Source: Oculina patagonica (Eukaryota). From it: a stretch of 64,000 bases of DNA. This document shows positions 37,848-52,800 of this stretch, piece after piece (the first letter of the stretch is position 1; every line of letters begins with the position of its first letter). A program made the translations under genes and the position numbers. Below the pieces are notes generated by a model. It worked only from the letters and a program-made list of their open reading frames with translations, was not told the origin of the DNA and searched no databases. The DNA lies in assembly GCF_052425735.1 (NCBI RefSeq), contig NC_135770.1, positions 22,010,001 to 22,074,000 of the forward strand. Reading direction: 5' to 3'.

Positions 37848-40800
37848 TTATCTTATCTTAATTTGGGACACACCGGACACTGTTAAAGACATTTTGGGAG
37901 GGGGGGGGGGGGGGCGCTTGGCTTGGAGAACGGTGCCCCCCCCCCCACGTTTAAAAACGCTCCGCCGCCTCTGAACTTGAAACCAATTCAGAAACCAATC
38001 GTGTTGAAGCGTTTCACCATGTGCGTTATAAAAGCTTAGTATAAATTGTTTAAATTTAATAAGGTTCTTAGCGTAAGCGCTACTGCAGAAGAAATTACTG
38101 TTGTTTGTTGATCACCATAAGGCCATCCCAATAAAATTGTTTTGTTTCCCATCACCTCTGACCAACCCTTTTTTTCGAAAAGTTTAAAAAAAATCCAAAA
38201 TCACTATTCAAAGGAGCAAGTACTCAGTTTAATTTACAAGCACACAATCTTGTTTTATTGTTGCATGTTATTAACCCGCATTTGACAGAAGTGAAACGAA
38301 GAAGTCAGTTGGCCCCCATGAAAATGTTTGGTACGCCTCGGGTAAAAATGGTACGCGTACCGTAAAAAGTGGTTCGGCACGGATAAATTTTGTCGTGTGA
38401 ACGACCTTGCCTCACCCGTCGGCCAAACCAAAATTTTACCCGTGTTCGGACCTAGTCGCGAGGTATTCCGAGCACGGATAAAATTGGTACGCGTTCCTAA
38501 AAATCTAACCCGGCTCGAATAAAATGTGTAGTGTAAACGATTAGCCGTGCTGAACCAACTATTTTCTTCTGAAACTTTGTTCAATAAGTTTTGCAAAAAT
38601 TTCACTCGATCGACATGGCGGAGTGTTAGACATGCATGTATTTTAATTACATGTAAGAAAAACAGTTGCCAAGAAAATCTCATGAACATTCATGGAAGAA
38701 CTAGCGTGACTTTCAGCAACCTTCTTTGGTCGCTTTCTCATGATTTCGTGATCATTAGTGTCCAGAGTCGCAAGCTGAAATTCTGCCTTGGAAGAACATG
38801 ATGTAAGGAGTTGCTACAAACATGCGAGGAGAATATAATAATAATACAAATAAATAATCGCCGTCGTTAATAGGGGAGGTAAAAGCCATCACTGCTGTCA
38901 TTTACTGCCGCCATTTGAACAATAATCATATACCTACACCCTTTTCTAGTCTTCTGGGAACAAGGCGAAAAGATGCGCGACTCAAGTGTGACGTTTAAAT
39001 GAAATAGCGGCATGCGAACTAAGACCGAATCGCGTACGCTGGCCAAGGTTTTGAGCCTTTTACCCGCACCAAAACATTATTTAACAAAGTTTAGCACGGT
39101 AGAAAAAAGGACGTGTAAACAGGGTATCAGTGCTATTTTTTGGTACGGGTAGCAATTTTATCCGAGCCGTGCCAAAATTTTTCTGCCGTGTAAATGGGGC
39201 TCAAATGTCTAGTTAATGCAAGTTTTCTAGTTTTTAGTGGAAGTAATCATCTGTTTCCTGACATTTAGCTTTCTGCATTTCGTTTCAAGCTATCACCCGG
39301 TTTTCATTCCTTTTTCATCAAATAACTCTGGAAACTGAAGTCAAAGTCCGAAGCGATGTACGGGGCGAGCGCTGTGTTTGAACATTGTGCTCAAAATGCC
39401 GCCGTCAAGAAGCCATGCAAGTGCAGCGCGCTCGGCCAATAAGAAACGAGGATTTTTTCTTCTCATCCAATCAGTATCATTTAATTTTGCATAAGAAAAA
39501 ATGCCCTCTGTCACAGCCAATCAGAACTCAGCAATTTTGCCCTCTATGTTATATTACAGCATACCGAGAAGTTCCATTGCCCGATTATAATAATTTTACT
39601 TTTAAGAGTATCAACCGAATGGTGCATTGGTTTGATAGTGAGATTTTAATTTGCCTTACTTGAATACTTCATACAGTTCCTTGCACGACTTCACGGCTGA
39701 AAGAGATAAAAACAAATTAGCATTTATATAGTAAGGGACTGTGCAAGGGGGCAGTAAAGCGACAGGGGTAGCACAGTGTAAACTCACAGCCTTAGAGAGG
39801 GGGTAACATGTAAATTTCTGGGAAAAGTGGGGGGGGGGGGGGGGGGCAACTGAAAAACTGACTTTAAGATTCGAATACCAAAGATATTTCACTAGACACT
39901 CATTACTATCCGGGCTGATTTAATATGAAAAAAACATGGCTTATATTACATCAAAAATAAAATAGAAAATACAGTCAGTATCTCATTCAGTGGAAGAAGG
40001 CACCTGCTAGAAAGCGAAGCAAGATGTACCGGAATGCTTTGTTTTTGAAGCTTCAAAAGAAAACTATTCCACACTGCGTCCATTATCGCACCACAATAAG
40101 ATTGGGGATAAATTTGGCTCTCGTTCCTTATAGTGTCACTCAGTTTGTTCTCGTCGACCAGGTTAACGATGGACTCCTCCCCTATACTAACCACTTCCCA
40201 TTAAAGGAGACCATCGTTAGATTCTCCAAGAAGTCAGCCCCCAAACCAAGTCATAACTCCCCAAAACTAAACCGAAACCCAGCTTTCCAAGTCTGGTAAA
40301 GGGATTATTCGCCTAACCACACAGACGCTCTTGTTCGTAAGATCTCTTCCTGGGGATGATTGCAGGGAATGCACACACAAACCGTTTCAGCTGGTTTAAT
40401 ATCCTGCCATGAACAGGACGGTTCCGTACCGATGTTTGAGGCCAGTCGAGCAGAGGCTCCCACCGGATTTAAGACTTTCGCTAACTGCATGTAGTATAGG
40501 GCTGTGTGACGCCTAGTCCAACCGACATGATCCATGATCTCGGCCAGATCCGCACCTGTAAGAGCTAAAGTGATCGTACAGCCAGAGCGGAAACCATGGA
40601 GCGTCTCGCCGTTATCTGCATTCATCTCCTTAAGGTAACCCTTTAAGCGTGATTCCGCTGCAGAAGAAGTAAAAGGGGCGTCTTTTATGCCCAAATCAGG
40701 TGTGATTGGACGAAATAGGTCTTAAACCACACGTTAAATTCACCTATATATCACGCATCACCTCCATATAACACTCGATGCCTCGAACAAGACAGATCTC

Positions 40801-43800
40801 AGTTTGCGCATTTCTCCTCACTTCAAACACGTTCTCGTTCCCATCCCTTAACGTCTTTCCCCAAATATGATTGAAAAGGAAACCGTCGTCGTTGGGGAAA
40901 TGTAGGACCTTAATCTGTCCCAAGCCCCCAGGTCGATCTCCGCTAACGAAAAATTGTTTAAAATACGCCTGATCGCGGGATATCATAAATCTGTCAATCG
41001 CTCTGCCTGAGTCTCCCAATTTTCTGTCTAGGTGTGAACATAATTGTGTTAGCTTATCAACGAAGAAAGGGGTGGCCTGCTTTGGTCTTACCCGAGCCTG
41101 TAATTGTTCCGCGGTCACCAGCCTCAAAAAATCTTTCACCGACTTGTCAGATGCTGGGTTTCCTAGGCCTAGACGCTTGTCCAACTCGCCGTCTCGTCCA
41201 ATAGAATGGTGAATAGGTCGTAGCTTCCCGATATAAGAGTCCACCGTCTTATATGATAGACGTACAAGACATCCACACGTATATCGTCCCGCTTGGCCGA
41301 TGTACTTACAGCCATTGCGGTGAACCTGAGTTTTCCCATTCTTGTCTTGAAAAACAAGGAACCGGCAAATATCCCGTGGAAACACAGTGGCTAATGTGAT
41401 ATGGCCAGGAAGGAAAACAAGAAATGTTTTAAACTCCTTTCTTAGCGAGTCCTTCTGTTTAGCATAGCTGGTAGCACGATCAATGTCCATTAGTTGACGT
41501 AAGCGCTGGTCAATGCTCTCCAGATCGATGTCAGTCTTGCCAATATTAACCGGTGTCACTATTTTTCGGTTATAACCACAACGTTAGCAGAATCTAAAAT
41601 CCTGGTCATTCGCATGGGAGCATACTGGACATCTAACAGAAGGTGTAAACAACTTGGCAACGATGGCGAGATCCTAAGTAGAGAAAGGACGAGAGACTTG
41701 TAATCTTCCAAAACACTCTTTATTCTCCTTAAATGTCAAACTTCGTATTTGCGTACCACAGGATTTTACAAAGAAGGGGGGAAAATTTCTTGTTCTGACT
41801 AAGGGATCCCCACATTCCAGGGGGTTTATTTAATTTCAATTTAATATATTGCTAGTGTTCCTGAAAAATTGTCACTGACACAGACAAGCTCAGAGCTCCA
41901 ATGGATAAACTATCTGGAAGGCCCACAAGTCCCCTGGGATCCCGCTTTCTCCGCTCCAACCTTCCTTTGAGAGTAGTAACAAGGCTTGAGAATCACCTGC
42001 ACCTGCCAGCTTCTGCGCTTTCCTAGAAAACCGTTGTAAAAGAGGCCACCAGTACTTTCTCGGGTATGTATCCAGGACCACAACTGTGCATGATTGCCTA
42101 TAAGACTGGAGGAAGCGCAAACTGAGCCGACTAGAACATTGGCGGGAAAACATACGGACGCTGCATCACTGTCGAAAACTGAGTCAAATATAGCGCTAAC
42201 AAGTTCACCCCTATCGAACCAGGCGAAGGATATGGCGTGAAATGGGAGAGAGGACGCCCCAGCCTATCAGACATGGCGTTGGAATCGAGGGCCATCAGGT
42301 CACACGAGTGGCCTTGTCCACCCCCCAAAACTCAGTTGTACTTCATTCCAGATCTCCGATGTGAGTGTATAGTCCAAAGAAGATAATCTGCGAGAAGGGG
42401 CGTCCGCCGGATTTTCTTGAGACGGAACGTACAACATGTGTTGAAGGATGTTCAGATCCATAGTGGTAAAGAACAAAGCCTTTATAGTATTGTTCAAGTC
42501 ACGACCTTTACCTCCTTAATTATTCCATGCATACATGACCGCCAGATTGTCAATCATTACATCGACGCGACAATCCTTGACAAGGTCCTTAAAGGCCTTA
42601 TCCACAGCAATGGCCTCGCTAGTCGAAACGACCAACATCATCTCATCCTTTGACCAAAAATCAGATGTTTTCTGCTTCAAAGGTGTGGAAATGACCCCTC
42701 CCCATCGAGTTTGGGAGGCTTCCGTAGCTAACTCAATCTGAAGATGTCTCTCTCCACGCCAAGGAAGGAAGTCGTCCCACTCTTCTAGAAAAAGCCAATG
42801 GGCAATTTCATCGCGCAGAGCACCCTGGACCACGATTGGTTCCAACGTGCGCATACCCATCTCCCTGGTGAACAGACGGGCAGCTGGAACCCCAAGGGAA
42901 AAGGAGACGCATTTACCCACCAATCTCTGGAGCGTCTTGACCGATACATAAAACACACAAAATAGAAGAACTTTCTGAAGAACTAAAGTTGCTGAACAAA
43001 CAAAATGACACATATGCTCAACAACTTCGATTTTTCTCTCAAAATAAAGACAGCTGTACCTTTTCATATGCAAGCCTGAAGAAAAATGAGATGAGATTTG
43101 AATATATGACTGGACTGTCTTTACGTGACTTTGATTGCTTATTTGAATGTATTGAGCCCTATTTAACAGCTATTATTTATCCTGACTGTAAAGCTCACCA
43201 CAGTGCTCAAAGAAAGCTGTCAAAGAAAACTGAACTCATGTGTTTTCTAACCATTTGTAGACACACCCTGCATCTTGGTATAATGGCATTTATAACCAAC
43301 ACAAGTGAAGCAACACAATCCAGAATATTTACTGGCTGGGCAGTTTTTCTAGCTACACTTTTTGACCAGATAGATCTTGGTCCTTGTCGTGGTGAGGTTG
43401 CTTCACTGCTGCCAAGTGATTTCTGGTCATCAGGCTTTCAGGACACAGTCTTATTGTTAGATTGCACTGAAAACTGGATTGCGTCACCTGGAAACTATGA
43501 TGTTAGCAGTGCCACATTTAACTCCTACAAAAATCATGACACCGGAAAAACCGGCATTTGGATCACCCCATATGGAGGCCTTGTGATGTGCACAGATACT
43601 TACCCTGGAGCCATAACTGACAACGAATTAACTTCGGACTCTGGTGTTCTGGATATGATCAAAGAAAAAGGCACCACTGTTTTAACTGACAAAGGATTTG
43701 GCATAGAGGATTTGTGTCTTTCGAAAGGCCTTCTACACAATAGACCACCTCTCAAATATGATTCCCAGTACGAAGAAGCAAGAACTTTGATATAGCCACT

Positions 43801-46800
43801 TTACGTATCTACAATGAGAACTATATTGGACGTATGAGGGACTGGTCGATCCTAAGCGCCTGCTGGCCAAAAAGCAGATGCGATATTCTGCGCTTTGTTT
43901 ACAAGATTTTTACTAATATTGTCAACCTACTTTTTAAGCCAATAGGTCCAAAAGAGGCAGCAACTGCACTGAAGAAATCAAATGATTTGAGCGCCCTTTT
44001 CCACTGGCAAAAACACCACCCCACCATTGTCATTTTTTATTTGATCTTGGCAACTCATTTCACAGTGCATAACATTTGATCTCTGATTTAACATTGTACC
44101 TATGTTAGTAAATATAATGGGCTGATAAGCCATGATTCAAATTTGTGACATTACGTAATGTATGCTTGATGTAATGATTTTCAAAACTTGGTGGATTTGA
44201 TTGATTTTGCAACAGAGTTTACCCAGCATGTGAAATTTCTGATATTTTCAAATGTTGGTCCAGAACCTGATAATTGCTCTACTAATTTGACAAGCCTAGA
44301 ATCTTCAAGGTATGCCCAGTGATCTGGCATTGGCTTGTTTTCATAGATATGTAACAATAAACTTATCATAATATCAGAGAAGATATAATTTCTTGAAATA
44401 GGAAAATAATTTGCTGCTCCACATTCAGGTACATAGGACATCAAGTACACTAAGCTTGTGTCAGTACATTCCATCTGCATATGACATTGGACTAGGTGGC
44501 TGCCAGTTACCTGTAGGAAACAAACATTATAGTCTTAATATGGCATTATGTTTAAAATGAGCATTGTAGATTTTAACATGAAAAAGTGACCTTACTAGTA
44601 TTTTTGGAGAAAAAAAATCAGCTCAAGTGAACTCATGCCTAATAATTCAACTAAGTTGAAAACAACAACAACAAACATCCAAAAATGATTTAATTGACTT
44701 TCATTTGAATGTAGATGAAATATTTCCAGTCATGTGTTAGTGTAAATGATTTTTTTTAAAGCAGGGAAAATAATCAAATCATTTCGGTTATCATTGATTC
44801 AGTGACTTCCTATCAGTTTGTTCTCTTACTTGTTGCAATGGAGTTTGGAAAGCTTACACTTTAACCTTCTTTTCCTCCTCGTTCATTTTTTCCATCTGTT
44901 TCTCATTGGGCATGGAGCGGGCTTTTATTTCAAGTAGCTGGTACTGTTGATGTCCACAGACTATTCCATCAGGACTAGCACCAAATCTGTTGTCTGATGG
45001 ATGTCTGAAGTATCCACACTCGACTGTTTCAAGTTTTTTTAAATAGTTTATTGCAAACAAAAAAAGAAAAAAAAAAAAGAAAAAACAGCTACATACATGT
45101 ACAATGTGTCTGAGCTTTAAATACAATACGGTACTTATCTACAGTACTTATGTATAATGCTTGCTCATGTTAATTCTTTATCAGCTAAAATTCCTGTCCT
45201 TTCAAACATTACGTTATTTACAGATGCAAAAGCTATACATTTCAGACGAATAAGTATACAAAACAGAAAAAGCGAGGTAAACAAAAAAACTTCGTGACGA
45301 GTACAAAGACTAATTACGGACAAAAGGAAGCAGAAAAAAAAAGAAATAATAAAATAAAATAAATAGATAAAATAAATAGATAAAATAAATAGATAAAATA
45401 AAGTGCCTTACGAAATTTCACCTAAAAAAAGACTTAGAGTTGAATTTGAGACTTTGAACTACTTTTTTCGATAGATATTTTATCTTTTAGAACGGCTAGG
45501 AAGGTTTCGAAGTGGTAGTTTTGTTCATCTCTCGAGGCAGTGTAGATATAATATTTAGCAATGAGTACACAGAGGTTTAAGCCAAGTCGTAAAGGAAAGT
45601 TAGTTGTAAAACCATAGATAATGTTTTTCTCGTGTAGCTCAATGGAATCGTCATGTTTGACGTTTCACCACGTAGCAAACGTATTCCAGAAAGTCTGTAC
45701 ATTCGGACAAGAGACAAAAAGATGTCTCAGGGTTTGCGTTTGCGTGCATAGGTGGCATTTATCATGGTCCTTGATTTTATCTCTGTAAAGGGTTGAATTG
45801 GTTGGTAAAATATGGTGAATAATTTTGAATTGGAAGATAGCAAGTCGAGTGTCTTTTGTTACTTTAAAAGGAATATCGTAGATAGCGCGTATTGTGCTAT
45901 CGTCCAGACTCAATTGCCTCATTCTTCTTTCTGCGGTCGGAGTTTCAAAGTTTTTGTTTATAAGAATTTTGTTTCAAAGTTAGTGTCATTACAAAACTGA
46001 GTTAGTGCATTTTTTCCTGTTGTTTACCTCTAATGAAATTGGGCAGTTTAGCACGTTTGGGATTCAATTTACTCTCATCAATTTTGTTCTTAATGGCCAA
46101 CCAGGCACTGTCAAATTCTTTTGCTCCACAAAACCCAAGTAAGGCAGGTGCTTTGCTTGCAGCTATTACACCCACCCTGAGTCCCCTCCAATGTTCACTG
46201 CATTCCTCAACTGATACATAATTCTTTCTCTGGAGCAATGGCACTTTTTGGCCTGTCATTGCTGGCTGATTGTCAACCGTGTCAGGATTACTGCTGTTGC
46301 AGCTACTTGAGTTTTTTTCAGTTACTGCATTCACTGGTTTACATACTGCTTCGGTTTTATTGGTGAACCTTGGTTTTAGAATATCAACATTATATTCCTG
46401 GTTTGCTTCTCGTTTGTCATACTCCTGTTTATATTGCAGGTGCAAGAATAGGCCAGATTTATTTTCGTACTTTGCAAAATACAGAAAAAAAAAGTGACTT
46501 CCAGGAGAAGGGGATATTGTTTTCAACTTTGCTTCCACTTTCTCTTCCATTTCTACCACATCCCTCTGATACCAGTCACTGTAATCACTTCCTTCATTAG
46601 CTGAGAAAACTTTTTTTCTTTTTTATTACATTCTTCATATCTGCTCTTGCTCCTCTAAGATTCCTTAGATATTTCAATTTTATTTGTGTTGCAGCAATTT
46701 TAGCTTTTGTCGTTCCCTTCCTGTGCCACACCTGAAAGTTTTGTGTACATGTCATATGGAGATGTAGCCTCCCACGCAGTCGTTCTTAGGGGCGATCGCG

Positions 46801-49800
46801 TTTCACTCTTTCCTACAGCACAACCGCAATAAGCTTTCACGGGAGTGTTGTCAACGAACAACATTGTAACGGGACGTGACACACTGCCAGTGAAAGATTT
46901 CAGTATATTTGCTTTAATATACAACGATCGAGGCTCTTCTTGAAAAACTTTCACTGACATAGTTCGCCTGGACGAAAACATTCTGTAGGCTTTCCTGTAC
47001 TGGCCTTTCCCTCCGGCGAATTTGCCTGTTTGATAGCATTTTTAAATAATGCTGTCATCGACTGTTGGTATATTTATATCTAAATCAAGTGGAAGAATTT
47101 TCCATTTGGCGGTGGCTGGAGGAACCTCTGACGGCGCCATTAATGTCTTAAAGCTGTACTCTTCATTTATAATTTTTACTTTTTTTGTTAATAAGTCAGG
47201 AAATTCGCCGAGTGGCCTTAACCTTTCGATCAGTTCTTTTTTGTCTCCACCGATCTTTAGCCTCAGCTCTTTACAACACTCTGTGAGATGTTCTTTACTG
47301 AGTTCTTCTAAATTTTGAATATCCTTTCTGATATGGTCGAATTTATCGCACGAATCCGGCGAAGGTTTAATGTCTTTACTGTCCGCCATCTTTGATCCGG
47401 ATTTTCAAATTGTCCGCAAAAATCCGCTAGTCTCAGTCTCCCGCGCGACATGAAATTAGGCAATGAAAGCATCGAACTCAAACTTACGGGCCGCGCGCGT
47501 TTGTGGGATACGGCATTAAAATGTTTCTCCCCAGTCCCTCAATATGACGTCACAGATCACCTGGCAAGTACTACGTGGACGATCACCTGGCTAGCGGCAT
47601 GGTTTGCGGGCGCGTGCGCCCTAGCGACGGCGACGTCGCCCAAACATGGCGGCCGTAGTCCAGAAAAAAAAAAAAAATTAGCTAAGCTGGGCAACTCGCC
47701 CTGGGTAACGTTCGTTCCACATTGGGATGAGCTTCCTCGATCAGATTCTGCGACAGTTGACAGACTTTCGCCGGGGGGATGAGAAATTAAACCGTGTTTT
47801 GCTCAAGATTTGCCATCAACGGCTTTCTACGGAGCTGGATATTTATAATTAATGAGCTTAATCACCTTGTTTAATACGAAAAAACTGGCAGCCGTTTCGT
47901 CTCTAATCATGTCTTATTTATATTGAGCTTTGCCCTGCAAGCGTTCTTTAAATACGAGGTAAGTCTAAATATATTTAAAATCTTTTTATGTAGGTTTAGC
48001 TAGTCGTTTAGGTTATACATTTAAGATCGAAATTTAAAGAGTGAAAAACAGCCCCCCCCCCCCCCCACCACCGACTGTCGGTCAACTGTTGGCCGACAGA
48101 TACCGACAGCCTCAAGCCACCTACAGTTCCCCCAAAATAATAGGGCAATAAACCTGATACAGACCGTTAAAATATTTAAAACAATTAGACGAAATAACAA
48201 AGTCGATTTTATTTTGCATTATAATCACTTACCTTTGAACGCTAAGCCATACAAAGACAAAAATAAACACAGAATAGCTTAGAAAAAAACAGATCCACTA
48301 ACGTAAAAAAATCGTAAACATATATCTTATATTTAAGATAAAATGTTTCATTTTAAACTTTTGGCTGAACTTTGCGTTTTATTTATTTAGTTTTTAATTT
48401 ATTTCTTATTTTAGTGGAGTTTGAACTGTGGCATTTGTTTGATTATAATGGGCAAATGATACCCTTTCAGGTCCCTCACAACTGAGAAGTGCTCTTATAC
48501 ATGTAAAACATGGATAACAAAGGGTGTTATGATTAAGGGAGTTTTTAGGATAAAAGTGGAAAGTGACTATGCATAAGTGATGCTGGATTGACATGGGAAT
48601 TTCTTGCTTTGCTGCCATCCAAATGCTATTTGGATGCTACTGAGATACACTGTGCATCAATCTCCCAGTATAAATAGCTAACATTCATTACACGGTATGT
48701 TTAAATGAAAAAGGGAGTTTTTTATGTTATTCATAGCCGGTGTTCAGTGGGATGTTCAAGGAAGAAGAAAGAACTACAAACATGTCTTCTGTCAGCGTAT
48801 CGGCTGTACATATAATATACATGTTCTGGATTACAATTGATCCTGGTAGGTGTTACGATCAACGTAAAGACGCCGAGGCCATGCAAACACAACAACTTTT
48901 AATGGCTGACGAACAAGACCACGCGAGACACGAGGCGCGGTTACATAACAATCTTAGTTACGTGCAAAACTTAAATATGCAAACTTATTCAATATCACAA
49001 CATCTTCCCCTTTGTAAAGAAAGTGTCTTTCACAAAGTTCTCGCACAAAAAGCGACTAAGTTCCTTAGTAATAAAAACAACAACAGTGTACATGTTCAAC
49101 AATGAATCAGAGTTCCAAATAAAAATGTCTAACAGGTCTAAGTAGTAAAGTCCTGAAAACGGGCTGGTGGTTTCACAATACGACCACTCCTTGTAACAGT
49201 CGGATTGGATGCAAGTTCCACATGCTCTGCTGCAGGTTTCACAACAGATGGGGAATCTGCTTGTGGCAATGATCGCAGTGGCTCAAATGCTGGTTGCACA
49301 ATAGTTGGAGAATCTGATTGTGGCACTGATCGCAGCTGTCGGCGATTTCGCCTGTACGTTTGGCCACCCGATACAACAACATAGGAACGTGGGCCAATCA
49401 TTTTCTTGCAAACAGCTTCTGTCCAAGTAGATTCTTTGGGCTTCTTCATCCTGACTGTCTGTCCAGGTTGCAACTCAGGCAATGCTTTTCCTTTCAGGTT
49501 GTAGTAGAAAGCCTGCTTCTGTTTAGAGTTAATCAGCTTTTCTTGGACAGCTTGTGAGGGAAGTGTGTTAGGCTGTAGTTGTTTACTTGGCAGGGGTAAC
49601 AAATTGCGTGTTCTTCTGCTGAACAGCCTTTGTGCTGGGGATGAACCAATTTCTGTGGATGTGTTGCGGTAGTCTAGAAGAGCAAGGTACGGGTCAAACT
49701 TTCCACACGCTGCCTTCTTCATTAGGTTTTCACAGATTTTCCCAGCACTCTCGACCTTTCCATTACTTTGGGGATAGCGCGGAGAGGATGTGATGTGTTG

Positions 49801-52800
49801 AAAGTGCCAGTCATTTGCAAACTTTGCAAACTCAGCAGAAGAATGCTGTGGTCCGTTGTCGGAGATTACAACCTCCGGAATTCCATGACGACTAAAATGC
49901 ATTTTCAACTTCGCAATAACTGTCCTGGAGTCTGTCATGTCAAGCTTGTCAACCTCGAAGAAAGAGGAGTAATAATTAACTGTAATCAGGTACTGACGCC
50001 CATCAAAGAAGAACATATCTGTGCCAACTTTTTGCCAAGGCCTTGATGGAATTTCATGGGGCATTAGTGGTTCTCGAGGCTGCTCTGGCTTTAAGGAATT
50101 GCAAATATCACACTTGAGAATGAAGTCTTGCAACTCAGCATTCATACGCGGCCAGTAAAACACCTCTCTAGCTCGTCTAAGACATCCTTCGATACCGAGA
50201 TGAGACGAATGAACCATTTCCATCATTTCCTTTCTTAGCTTGGCAGGTACAATAAGACGCTCAGCCTTGAACAGCAAACCATTTTGAGCTGTGATTTCAT
50301 CTCGAAACTGAAAATATGGCTTGGCCTCTGCTGGAACTTCATTGGGAGTGCTAGGACAACCTTCTAGGACAACTGACATAAGGGTTTGAAGGTTTTCATC
50401 TGAGGCTGTGCCTTCTTTGAATTCCTTTAGTCGTGCTTCTGAAATGGGAAGATCCTCTGTAAGTACTATCGCCTCTAACTCACTACAGTACTCGGTCTGA
50501 GTGGGAGGTTCATCCAGATAGGCTCGGGACAGGGGATCTGACATAACCATCGAGCTTCCTTTTTGGTACTTTACATCAAGGTTGTATCGCTGTAGGCGCA
50601 GCAGCATCCGCTGGAGACGCTTGGGAGCAGAGCTAAGGTCCTTCTTCAAAATAGCTTCTAGGGGCTGATGATCTGTTTTAACGTGTACCACATCTCGACC
50701 AAACAGGTACGTATCAAATCGCTCACAGGAAAACACGACTGAGAGAAGCTCCTTTTCAATCTGCGCTAACGACCTTCTGCTGGAGTAAGGGCTCTAGAGG
50801 CAAATGGAACTGGCTGACCCTCCTGAAGTAGGGAGGCGCCAAGTCCAGAAAGTGATGCGTCACTTTCGATTGTGACTTCCTGATTGACATCGTAAAACTT
50901 CAACACTGGAGCTTTACAAACAAAATTCTTGATACTCTGGACAGCTTCATCATGAACAGGCAGCCAACACCATTCAGTATTCTTAAGCTCCAGTCGTCTC
51001 AATGGCTCGCAGACACTGGACAGGTTTGGTAAGAACTTAGCCAGGTAAGTAACCATGCCAAGGAATCGCTTCAGGGATTTGACATCTGTCGGGGTTGGCA
51101 TGTCACGTATGGCACGAACTTTGTTTGGGTCGGTTACCACACCATCAGCTGTGAGTAGATGACCCATGAATGGTACTTGTGATAGGCGAAGCTTAACCTT
51201 ATGAAGATTAAGTGTCAGATTCAACTCACGGCATCTTTGAAGGAAAGCCGTTAAGTTCTGATCATGATCCTTTACTGCTTCATCGACAGTGTCTCCAAAT
51301 CCACAAACCAGGAAATCATCGGCGATAACTTCCACTCCTTGGAGACCCTCAATTGCTTCATGCATCTTCCGCTGCCATATCTCGGGCGCAGAACTTATGC
51401 CAAATGGCATTCTCAGCCAACGAAAGCGGCCAAAGGGGGTGTTAAAAGTGGTGTAAAAGCTTGATTGCTCAGTTAGTTTCACTTGCCAAAATCCACTTTT
51501 CGCATCAAACACACTGAACACTTTGGCACTTGTGAGACGATTTGTGACATCTTCAACTGTCGGTAAAGGGTAACGAGAGCGCTTTATGGCAGTGTTCAAA
51601 TCTTTGGGATCTAGACAAATGCGGACCGATCCATCCTTCTTGGGGACTGCTAAGACACTCGACACCCAGTCAGTTGGCTCTGTAACTGGAGTAATAATCT
51701 CCTTGGCAACCATCTTGTCAAGCTCGGTCTTCATTGCCCTTTCTTAGGAACAGGCAATCCTCGTGGGGGGTGAACAACAGGGTGAACATCTTTACTCAGC
51801 TGGATGTTGTATTCCCCGGGTAAACAGCCAATGCCTTGGAACACATCAACAAAAGGACTAAGCACAGGATCATTGGTAACATCCTCAGAAACTGCTGGAT
51901 CTTGTTTTTGGGCTTCAACTACATTATTGATAGGGGTATCAACACCAGAGACCATAATCTTGATAAGACCCATCCCCTTTGATGACTGCAAACCAAGCAA
52001 AGGTGTGACCATCTGGTCGACAATGACAAAATTCAGTTCATGCTTACTACCATTATGTTCCACTTTCAACCTTGCAAAACCAAGTGCCTTTCGCTTCGAG
52101 AGATCATGCATAACCAGTGTAATGTCCTTGGGAACAATTTTAGCTTTGCTGTGATCGTTTGTTACCCTGATGTAATCCTGCAGTGGCAAAATATTTGCAG
52201 TAGAACCTGTATCAATTTGAAATGTCACTGATGCTGAATCATTGACAGTTAGTGAAACGAGAGCTTGATCTTGACCACTGATGCTATGAATGTAAAATCC
52301 TTCTTCGACCATGTGAACTTTCGCACCTTCTGAGTTGCCGTAACACTTGACTGCAAAATGACCTTGTTTACCACACTTTTAACATTTCTGACCAGAGGCC
52401 GGGCACAATTTCCTTTCCAGTGCATGTTTACCACCACAAAACAAACACTCTTTCAGCTTGGGAGGTCCCTTGTTTGGCGACGGAAGCTTGGGAGGCGGTG
52501 TTTTCCGGCGCTTGTTTTTAAACGGAGGTTTGTGACTCACTCGATTAATATCTTCGTGTCCTGAAGATTCTTCTGAAATTTCTGTTGCTCGCTCGTGAGT
52601 AACTTGACTTGCCTTGATAGTTTCGATGGCTTTATCGAGATCGAGGTCTCGCTTTCCGAGAAGCTTTTCACGAACTCTATCATCCTTCACACGAGAATTA
52701 AGCGGTCCCGAACCAGCGATTCTCGTAACGCGCCAAAACCACATGACTTCACATGACATGAGCTTCATCAATGCAGTTATGTAATTATCAAGCGACTCAC

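Larger units (their letters stand above)
42946..47538. mobile_element. ISL2EU-type (Harbinger-related) DNA transposon, left end missing
   Basis: Convergent DDE transposase (+) and SAP/SWIM/YqaJ gene (-). Candidate terminus gtttctccccagtccc at 47523-47538. Confidence 0.75.

Noticed and set aside
44854-46559. Phage or viral recombinase insertion (YqaJ)
   Set aside because: The pairing with a Harbinger-like transposase and a probable spliceosomal intron fit a eukaryotic ISL2EU-type transposon better.
49970-49990. Integrase VD->VN change as a catalytic knockout
   Set aside because: The catalytic residues are in GTD, SDNG and VES, and all are present.
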